Positions 53,873-64,000 of a stretch of 64,000 nt of DNA are shown piece after piece. The stretch is taken from NCBI GenBank assembly GCA_964016885.1, contig OZ024747.1, positions 73,284,001 through 73,348,000 on the forward strand, given 5' to 3'. This stretch comes from Eledone cirrhosa (Eukaryota). Made by a program: the position numbers and the translations under genes. Each line of letters opens with the position of its first letter. Positions within the stretch are counted from its first letter, which is position 1. The notes beneath the pieces are model-generated. The model had not been told where the DNA came from. It made no database searches and saw only the letters and a program-made list of their open reading frames with translations.

Positions 53873-55104
53873 CTTTTTCTATATTTCCTTCTCACTTCCT
53901 ATCTCTCACTTTCTATTCTTCTCTGGAATAAATTTGCTGTACATAAGCCTGTAGATGGATGTGGTCCGCCAAGTTTAAAATACTCACGAAAGGCAGCATG
54001 TCAATATAGCGCCCCTACGTCTCCACCTGGAGTTACGGGATCTAATGTATATATATATCCTGTATTTTGGATTATTTTATTCTTCTATTTATCTACTATA
54101 TGTTGGCAACTTATATCTTTTGTAACGGTACAGTATTTATATAATCCCGAATAGTCTATTAATGTGAGTATGTTAGCTCATAGGAAATTGTTTAACTACG
54201 TAATAGAATTTGGTATCTTACTGTTGCCGCTTGTTATCTGCCTTTAAATGTTGATAATAGCGTTATTTAATCCATGTTAATCTTGAAGAGTTGGTCTCCT
54301 ACCGTACGGCTACTTGTTATGGTAATTACCTAGGCATCTTCTAAGTAAGTTAGCAACTGTTCATACATCTACCGTCATCTTGTTAAGTTTTCATAGAATC
54401 TTGCCAAATAACAACATCAGTCTATATCTGTGTTAATTGAAAAATTCGGTAACTGGGAATGATAGCAGCTGCATTACACACCTATACTCTAGGGTCTCAA
54501 ATAAGAGGGTGTATGAGTGGAATAAGCGCGGGTGTTGGAAACAACGGTAATACTTCTAGGTTGTCTCCATTGATTTTGTTTTAAACCAGAATTAGTCATT
54601 TAGTTTATATATTGTGATTCCAACCCCTCCTATATACTTGTAAAGAGCCATAAAAAATAGAACATACTTCTTAACAGAAGTACTAACAATCCTAAAAAGA
54701 GACAATGTTCCGACGGAAAACAAATAAAAAGACATCAAAATATAAAGAACCAGAAATGGAGATAATCCGAAAGTAGGAACAGGAAACAGAAACAATCATA
54801 AAATATGAAATATTTTGGAAATGATAAAAAAATGCAAACATGTAAACTGTTCATAATGGGATATAAAAATAGGCCCAACATGTATAGTATAGTACACATT
54901 TGTTACATTTGAATAGAATATTATAAAAATAACAAATTCCAAAACAAACACTGCATGTAGGCAAGACACACAGATCGGCGCTCGGCTTTGGAGTGCAAGA
55001 AGGAAGGCGAGAACTATCTAGTAACAAAAATAACAATAACAGAAGAAACAACAAGAAAAAAAACCAAAAGACAAAAATAACAGCAATAATGATAATAATG
55101 ATGT

Positions 55105-55303
55105 CTACAATATGTACAAGGCCAGCAATTTAGGGGGAGTGGGAAAGTAGATTAAATAGACCCTAGTACATTACTGGTGCTTTATTTTATTGACCCCGTA
55201 AGGATGAAAGGCAAAGCTTAACCTCGCCGGGATTTGAACTCAGAATGTAAAAGGACGTAACTCAATGTAACAAAGCATGTTGTATTAGCAATCCACCGCT
55301 CTT
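55105..55303 (-). mobile_element. SINE family A
   Basis: TTGACCCCGTAAGGATGAAAGGCAAAGCTTAACCTCGCCGGGATTTGAACTCAG. Confidence 0.85.
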
Positions 55304-55710
55304 ATAATATAAATAATACATTTATAATAATAATAATAATAATTAACGTAACACCAATAATAAAAAGCAAAACTTAAGATGTAGACAGACACAATTTCTT
55401 TTAGCCGAATTATGAAGAAGCTAAAGGCCTTTTATGTTCTTTCTTCAGAATATTAGATTATGCTTTAGAATTATCTGAAAAAGTCGATTCGTGATCCAAA
55501 AGAAACTTGTCAATCGGCATTAGGGCTCTCACATCGATTCAATCATTAGTTTTATATTCTACTTGGATCCATACAGTTGTGTTGTCTTTAAAGAAAAAAA
55601 CCAAACATGCCTTTACTATCGATTCAGTGAGGGGAGAAAAAATATACAAAGTGTTAGCAGAGTGGAAAAAAACAAACACCCACATTACATGCACATATGA
55701 ATATATCGTA

Positions 55711-55901
<191 letters not shown>

Positions 55902-57860
55902 TTTACATGTATACACACACATATATATGTATATTTATATGTATGTATATAAAGATATACACATCTATGTACACATGTTCACATGTCAATATACGTACAT
56001 GTAATCAGAGAAACACTTCCATACGCATGCGTGCAATATATTTACTCAATTCCCCCGGAATTCCATGCTAAGCTGCAGCTACCATTGTATAGGTTTTACC
56101 GTCTTAAAGATTTCTTTTTTTCCCTCAGAAATTTATCGATTCAGGAATGCAAATTCAATTATTTCACAAACGAAACAACTGTGAAATAAATTCTATTAAA
56201 TAACTTCGTTTATATGTTTGCTTCTTATTTAGCTCCCCTTCTAGTTGTTTTTAAAATTCGATTTATGCATTTTGATGCGTTTTATAAACTTATAAATCAA
56301 AAGGGAAAGAGTAACGTTCATGACCTTTTGTCATGATCTCTAAAACTGGTGGTATTTGCAAACAGAAAGCTGGATCGTAGTTGTAACGACACCTTCTCTG
56401 CTAAAAGCGTATAAGAGACAAGTGGTACTGTATAACTGAGATGCTGAATTATATCTACGGAAAACAGTCTGAATAACGATCAAATGGGCTTTTGTCTATA
56501 ACTTGTATATTATGAAATTAGCGATCGACAAACTACTTCAGACGCTAAAAGACTGCGAGATTGTAGAATTTATCCTGAAGGAATCGGATATCACATGTCT
56601 ATTGAATTCTGGCAAAGTTCTCATCGTGTACTTTGTACTTTATTGTCACATCATACCTCTGCAATCTGAACCATCATGCCTATTAAATGTTAAACGACCA
56701 TTCTCGTTTCTAGAACTCCTGTACTAAATTACTAAATCCAGTATTTCGTTATTTTTAATACTAGTGCGTTATAAATAACATAGGTTGTTTAAAATTTCTG
56801 CTATTCACTGCTCACTGAATGTTTTGCATCCGAATGTAGTATGAATCCGGAGATTATAAAATCCTTTAAGAATAAAATGTTTTACGTTCCATCATCGTTG
56901 TAGATTAGACGTTGAGACCCTGTATATATTGCTGCAAACATATTGCTGTTCAAGTCATTACTTGAATTATGCAGCAAAGCGGTCTACATAGTCATATCAC
57001 AATAAGTTTTTTTTCTGCTCGAATTTATTTGCGTGCGTAAACAATTTCTCATACTTGTGAAAACCATTTCATTTATATATTTTTTCAAATATTTCTACTC
57101 AAATTAAAACACATTCAAAATTAGTGTAATATGTACATTTTGTTTGTTTTTAACATTTTTCTTCTTAACTTCACTTTGCATTACAAGAAGGAATTTTTTC
57201 ACACAATTATATGATTTTATGTATTTTATTCATCTTGATAATTATAATGCACTTTTTTCTTGAGATATCAATTTGCTTTAGCTTTCTAAATTTTGACACT
57301 TATAAATCACTTTGCACGTTTTTTCCCCTCGCACTGTTTTACTTTACTTTCTTCTTTTTTTCCATGTTTGGCCTGAAACTCAAATTTAATGTCATATAGT
57401 ATTTGCATTCAACTTCTTTTTTGCGTACTGTACTTTCGAATATTTATTGAATTATATTTATAAAATTCTTTGCTCAATTTCTTTAAGTTTAGTTATATAT
57501 ACTAAACGTAAATAAATTGCCTATCAACTATATTAACTCTATTAACTGCTTTGTCAGGAAGCTCTGTTAGCATTGTGTTTTCGTTTACGATCATTTTCTT
57601 ATAAGAAAAAAAAAACATCTAGAAATGCACAGCGTATGGGCAACCAATGAGCTTGGAAAATGTGTGGCAATAGCAGAGATAGTTTACTAGAAACTGATAG
57701 GAAGAACATATTCAGCAAATTTTACTTTTAATTCTAAAGAAAACCACTCCTGCCGGGATTTGCATTGACTTACATGTCCACTAATAAACGCTAAAGAAAA
57801 TTTGTTAATTTATTAGAAACATGCCTCTCCCTCTCTGTGTCACTCTCCCTTTCTTTCTAT

Positions 57861-57949
57861 TCCCCCTGAAGTGTATTTCTCTCCCCCCTGAAGTGTATTT
57901 CTCTTCCCACTGAAGTGTATTTCTCACCCCCCCCCCCGGAGTGTATTTC
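57861..57949. repeat. ~23-bp tandem repeat, 3-4 copies
   Basis: CCCCCTGAAGTGTATTTCTCT repeated. Confidence 0.85.
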
Positions 57950-58304
57950 TAAGAAAGAAGACATAAGGAAAATACATATAGCTGTCACAAATCTAATAAA
58001 ACAAATAAACAAGTTGAAAACGTAAGTAGGGTAGATACAACTCCCCAAAATAAACAGAAAACTAAACACTAGAACACCTAGAGAATTCCGATCAATGACA
58101 ACTGAATAATGAAGCTGAATTTATGAAAGATTCAACTATATGAAGTTCCAGGTGTGGAAATCAGAAAATAAAAATCTAAAATCTAACAATAGAATCTAAT
58201 TACATCAACATTACATCTCTTTAATGACTAATGAATAACTCAATGATTATCAAATTTTCAGATGAAATAAAAACAACGAAAAACGCCAGCCAGACAAATG
58301 GCTT

Positions 58305-58510
58305 TTAATTCAAGTACAAGGCTAGCTTTTGTTGGGCAGCGGAAAATCGAATACTTACATCCCAATACGTGACTTGTACATTATTTTAACCAACCTGGAA
58401 GGATGGACGTGAAAGCTGGATTCAACCGAATTTGAACTCAGAATGCAAAGGACAGTAACTACATGCTGCAAAGCATTTTGTCTGATATCGACACTTTAAC
58501 GATTCTGCCT
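58305..58510 (-). mobile_element. SINE family A (old)
   Basis: GTACAAGGCTAGC...GAATTTGAACTCAGAATGCAAAGGAC...AACGATTCTGCC. Confidence 0.65.
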
Positions 58511-58878
58511 CAAACCCTTATTCCTCAGGGGTCGTAGGGGCAGAGTCCTCAAACACTTCTTCCAACGGGTCCCGTCAGAAGCAACCGCCGCCAACTGATC
58601 TTGTTGTATCAGCCAGGCTCATGGGTGTTGTCCAAACATCTTCCTCGGCGTCTACCTCTGGGTCTCCTGCTGGTTGGTTTCGCCTGTATACTCTATCCAG
58701 CTATTCTTTCCTGGTACATTCTAACCACAGGCCCATAGTATCGGAGCTGTGATCTCTCAACTTGGAGAAGTAGCGGCAGTACCTGGAGTGACTCTCTGAT
58801 CTAGCTACGCCCTTTATCGAGTAACATTACTCCAAAAACCCTTCGGAGGAACCCCATTTCGGCCGCTTGTATTCGATG
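58511..58878 (-). mobile_element. RTE-clade LINE 3' end
   Basis: RIQAAEMGFLRRVFGVMLLDKGRS*IRESLQVLPLLLQVERSQLRYYGPVVRM...RRPRGR; continues the family seen at 16165-16435. Confidence 0.85.
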
Positions 58879-60322
58879 AAATACAAAATTTATACTGGTG
58901 GCATTTGAAGCCAGGACGTAAATCAATTGGGGAAAATATGTAAAAGGTCCAGCACACAAACACACATACACATACAAACACACACACTCACACACCCCCT
59001 CACACCCACCCACACCCACCCACACACACACAACACACACTCCCTCACACACACCCCCACTCACACACACAACACACACACACATCACACACTCATACAC
59101 ACAACGTGATACTCGTGTTTATTTATTCTAGTAGTTTCTGATTAGGCACAAGGACAAACATTTTGGTGGGGGAGAAAGACGATTTATTCCACCCAGTACG
59201 ATCTGGTACTCTATTTTATCGAAAATATGTGAAAAGGATATGTTTACTTATTATAAAAATATTATGTATGAATAGGATACATATTTAATGATCAGTGCAG
59301 AATATTTCCACTCTATCATGACACAGCATTTACTGGTAAGAAAATACATTATAGTGTATCATGTACGATCTAGTTTCGATTGCTGTTTTGTTCATGTTTA
59401 TTTACGCTTCGAATACTGTAGAGCAAATCATGAATATTATGAAATTCCATTCCTTCGTCACAAGACTGACGGTGTAATGGCTTTTTGCAAAACATATTTA
59501 TAGAAAATATCATTTATTGCGTCAATATTCAGCGGTCCACAAGGATACATTAGATATTGCATATATTGTGAATTATTTCTTACTCTATGTAGTAGGAATT
59601 AATCAGGTCCCTATTCGTCGATATTGCGCATATAACAAAGAGAAAAAAAAAGCCTGGATAAATAACTTTGATGTAGTGGAAATAATACATGAGAGCATAC
59701 ATCTTGGTGGGATGGAGCGGCAGTGTAAGTTAAGTCAATATTGTTGATGGACTATTAGGGAATTATAGCTGGACAGTGGATGGATATCTAATGCAACAGG
59801 GCAATAGAATCATATTTAATTATGTCGTTTTCGTATACCGATATAGGAAGATTGATGTTTATATTGTGAATCTAGTATTAGGTATAGTTGTATGAATGTG
59901 CATTATAATATCGTACTATATGTAATAGTCATAATTTATATTAATGTCCAGTCATATAGTAATCTTAATAAGTTCTGATCTAGTAGACTCGTGATCAAAC
60001 CACGATTACATCATATTTTTTCAAGAAGAGTGTATCTCGGATTACATTTGGAGGGAGTCATTTTAAAGAGGATAATGTTGTGGTTTAAGCTATTTCTAGC
60101 AGATTATGTGACTTCATCATGAATCCACTGTTGACATTTCATTGACTGTTAAACATCTGTTACCAGCTGGCTACTACCACAACCTCACCCACAAAGTATT
60201 AGCTTTCCCTGTTATGTGAGTGAGTGCTTCTCTGGGATCACAAACAGCCTAACCTTAACTGATTCAGCACAATTCTTCCAGAGAATGATAGAGTGTGAAA
60301 GAAAGGAACTGAGAAAGAGGAT

Positions 60323-60475
60323 GAATCGACCCCAGTACTAGACTGGTACTTTTATCAACCTCGAATGGAGGAAAGGAGAAGTGGACCTCGGCGGGATTTG
60401 AACTCAGAGAGTAGACAGCCGGAACGAATACCGCAAAGCATTCTCTCCGACGTTCAAACGATTGTATTAATCCCA
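60323..60475 (-). mobile_element. SINE family A
   Basis: GACCTCGGCGGGATTTGAACTCAG...AATACCGCAAAGCATT; a further 3' fragment lies at ~59135-59222. Confidence 0.8.
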
Positions 60476-60740
60476 CTCATAAACAGATTACACTGTACCA
60501 AAATATGCTGTGTTTATTATGTGAGGTCTTTAACATTTTGCATGAATATTATTTTCCTGTTTGAAGTTTTGTTTATGTGTTAGTCTGTTTTGTTCTAGTT
60601 TGAAAGATAGAATAACTGCGTTAGATGAACAGAAATCCTGTTTGATTAGAAACATTACTGGTTAGATTAGATTAGTACAGGAGCAACAAGGACAGATATA
60701 TGAGTTAGGAAAAGAAAGGCTGATACTGAGACTACTGCTG

Positions 60741-60978
60741 AAGTAGTAGTAGTAGTAGTAGTAGTGGAAGTATTAGTAGTAGTAGTGGTTGTAGTAGTAG
60801 TAGTCGTAGTAGTGGAATTAGTAGTAGTAGTAGTAGTGGTCGTAGTAGTAGTAGTAGTAGTAGTAGCCGTCGTCGTAGTAGTAGTGGACGTATTAGTAGT
60901 AGTAGTGGTAGTAGTAGTGGTGGTGGTGGTGGTGATAGTTGTAATAGTAGTAGTGGTAGAAGTAGTAGTAATAATGAT
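60741..60978. repeat. (TAG)n-based microsatellite, continuing at 62131-62245
   Basis: Directly visible; split by the LINE insertion. Confidence 0.95.
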
Positions 60979-62130
60979 TTCATTTATTGGCCACAAGGGC
61001 CGACATATAGGGGACAATACAAAAGACTGGGACAGTGGAGTTTTACAGAAAAATCGAGTAAACAATATGAATAACAATAACAAAGTAACAATAAAATTAC
61101 AACAGGAAAAAATTCCCCAATAGGGGGGATGACCACCTAGGGTTCGCTCAGGTACCCCACCAATCCTGAACGACCCGACGCTTCGAGAGCACCCTGGAAG
61201 GGCACCCCTCTCCTCCTCAAATTTACCTACCTACAGCCGCATGACCAGAGTAGGCCCACCCACACGGGCCATTCTCGCCACATTCGCCCACCTTTCAGCA
61301 AATATACTGGGGGGCAGCACTTCTCTCTCCACCATCACCTTCCTTTCCAAGTGAAACTTGAAAAAGTTGATGAGGGATTGGCCGAAGAGAAAAGTGTCTG
61401 TCTTCAGTCCTTTCAACCTCGTCCACCATACAACCTCTTTCGCTACTACCACCAGACAGAGGAAAATTACCTGCCCTTCCTGGCCAAAAGAAGGCAGCGG
61501 GTCGATCTTCACTATGGACTCGGCCGATAGCCGGATCCGTTCTATACGCGACAACAGCTGTTCAACATAACTCCACAAGTTAGTAATGTACGGACACTGG
61601 ACGAGTGCGTGCAGAACGGTTTCGTCGCTCTGCGCACATCTCGGGCAGGTCCGTCTGACAGCACTTCCGTGCCTGTAGAGTTTATCTTGAACCGGTAGTG
61701 CCCCCGGTAGCACTGCCAAGCGAGGGATTTTTGGAAATTATCCATCGTCCCCGGCTCGAAAGTCCTCCGGTACAGACTGGTTAGTTCGACTTCGTCGACT
61801 CCCAGAGCCTCTACGAGTGCGCCGTCGCACTTGCCCACCACTAATCCTCTATAGAACTCGAGAGTGGAAGTTCCACTGACCGCATTGCCCGCCTGGTAGA
61901 GGGCAGTGAGTGCCTGGCAACATTCCAGATGCCAGTCACCCAGTCTCGGTCTCTTCTTGACTCAGGACTGCAGCTCAGTCAAAGAAACGAGCTGCGGGAA
62001 GGCCCGTCTGACAAACGGCGACCACACCTGTTTACCGTTTAGGCAGAATATCTGGAGATGCCGCAGCCTCAGCGCGTGTCTGCGCATCATTAGCCACGGC
62101 ATGCCCAGCCCTCCACGTAGAGGGTGCTGG
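60979..62130 (-). mobile_element. L1/Tx1-type LINE, 5'-truncated 3' end (zf-RVT region + 3' UTR), with 21-bp TSD
   Basis: QKSLAWQCYRG / ALPVQDKLYRHGSAVRRTCPRCAQSDETVLHALVQCP (CCHC zf-RVT, one frameshift). Ends AATAAATGAA. AGAAGTAGTAGTAATAATGAT is duplicated at 60958-60978 and 62131-62151. Confidence 0.9.
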
Positions 62131-63510
62131 AGAAGTAGTAGTAATAATGATAGCAGTAGTAGTGGTTGTGGTGGTGATAATAGTAGTAGTAATAATGATA
62201 GTAGTAGTAGTGGATGTGGTGGTGGTAATAGTAGTAGTAGTAGTATAAACTAAATTATTAGAAGACGTGAGTCTAACAAAATATTTTATAGTTTAGATTT
62301 AAAAAAAAACGAAAAAAAAAACAATGATTTTGAATCAGATGCGTTTTACTCATCTGACGTCACCAATAATAGTGAGGGCATCTGTTAGTGTAGGTGTGTA
62401 GTGACGGTATTGATATGGAACAATTTTACATGCTTACATTGTACATCAAATACCATTGTTTAACGAAGCAAATCAATTGGGAGTGAGACGGAATAAAAAA
62501 CACTAATTGTGCTTTCAACAATGTATTGAGGCTGAGATATATTCTCATCGAACTGACTGTCAGAGGACGAAATTAACTTAAATTTATATTCTGCCCTGTC
62601 TCGCAAAATTTAAACATTCAATTTCTATTTTACTCATTTTTTGTCTTTTCTACATTCAGTGTTACGTTCTTATTTTCTATTGTTTATCACATTTGTATTC
62701 ATCACTTTCATTGTGACTTTCAGCCAAATACTATATTCAAGACATTCATAGATTTTTCTTCTTCATTTTATAGGAACTTGTAATTGCATATTTCCTCTAA
62801 ATAGCTACCATAGACATCTTGCCCGACTGTAAAATCACACTAGTGGGATTTGTAAGAGATAAATAAAGAAGAAAATTAAATAAAACGTACAAACGAATCA
62901 GAAAACAATAGCGTATTTATTTCTAAAAAAAATGGAGTCAACTTAGCGGAAAAAGATCGTTCAAAAAAGCATTTCAATGCAGGACTTCCTTCACTTTTGG
63001 GTATATCGAATTTCAATGAAAATTAACATCAAAGTATACGTATAAAAGAGGGGAAATACTCATAATTCATCGCCAGTGACATGCGAATCAGTCTGTTTCT
63101 GGCAAAGAAATATCGAGCTTTGTAACAGACGTACTTTACTTTTGTCTTAATACTCTTTTTTTGTAAGTTTAGATTTATGGCGAAATCTTATTACAGCATA
63201 AAAAGTTAAAACTAAAACTAAAACTTCATAAAAATGATACGAATTTAGAATTTCCTTTCTTTCTTCTATTTGTTTATATTTTTGTGGTATATCTTGAAGC
63301 TTTTTAAAATAAAAGAGTGAGAAACAAATGCAAATCTATGTTGGCGAAGATCATAAATTACAGCTTGTTAGCAAAAGAAGAGATTAACTGAAAAGGCCAA
63401 TAGTAAACTGTGACAGATCCAGTTTCTAACAACGATATCATTATTGATTTTATTGTTTTCAACTAATTCAGCTTCTATAAATAAATTATTTACTGCATAT
63501 ATTGCTCTAT

Positions 63511-63640
63511 GGAGGTATGCGACCTAGTGGTAAGTGTGTTGGACTTGCGATCATAATGTTGTGTTTTCGATTCCTGGGTTGGGTTGTGTGTTGTGTTCTT
63601 GAGCAAAACACTTCATTTCGCGTTGCTTTAATATACTCAA
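63511..63640 (+). mobile_element. tRNA-derived SINE, family B, 5' part
   Basis: CCTAGTGGTAAGTGTGTTGGACT...TTCGATTCCTGG...TGTTGTGTTCTTGAGCAAAACACTT; colinear with 45204-45332. Confidence 0.75.
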
Positions 63641-64000
63641 CTAAAGACGAGTATCTGGTGGTTTAAACACCACGAATCTTTCTACTAAATTTCTGGTGTG
63701 GTGCCAGTTCTTGGTTTACGTGATACTTGAAAGGCGCATTGCACTTAAAACGCCTTTCTCTTTTAAACACACACACACACACACACACACTCAGAGGACC
63801 AGCTGCAGAAGACCAACTGCAACCACACGGTCACATGGGCATACGCACACACATACACAAACTGATGTAAACATTCAAGCATATTTTCTTAAATGCGGGA
63901 AAAAAAATGAAACGTTTGTTTTAAAATGCATTCTTGGTGAAGATATAGTGAAGTGTTGCAATCATATATGAGAGAATGCTGTAGTTAGCTATCAATAATT

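Noticed and set aside
53040-54530. Possible decayed LINE endonuclease (53040-53340) and PLE fragment (54060-54530); similar traces at ~12000-12400, 13160-13470, 15000-15650 and 49000-49400
   Set aside because: Only faint motif resemblance; cannot be assigned without profile searches.

Overview
AT-rich, gene-poor eukaryotic DNA, most likely an octopus (cephalopod) intergenic or intronic region. This is inferred from the dense (TA)n/(CA)n microsatellites and recurring tRNA-derived SINE families. No host protein-coding gene can be supported, and nearly all ORFs in the track are microsatellite translations. Real content: a 5'-truncated Penelope-like retroelement (RT + GIY-YIG, 27374-28609) framed by an inverted pseudo-LTR; several ORF-less Penelope-type fold-back inserts at (TA)n tracts; a 4.2-kb 50-bp satellite fused to a decayed mariner; a Tx1/L1-type LINE 3' end with a 21-bp target-site duplication inside a (TAG)n tract; RTE-LINE and Gypsy fragments; mariner MITEs; two nested G-/C-rich minisatellites; and about 20 SINEs. 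The most interesting signal is a set of sequence-unrelated minimal hammerhead-ribozyme motifs in the Penelope-type inserts. One is canonical (46280-46345), one has a ~115-nt stem II inside a 205-bp-arm hairpin (1441-1593), and one has the compensatory U3-A8 core variant in both arms of a 283-bp inverted repeat (29474-30234). All calls were made by eye; no searches were run.
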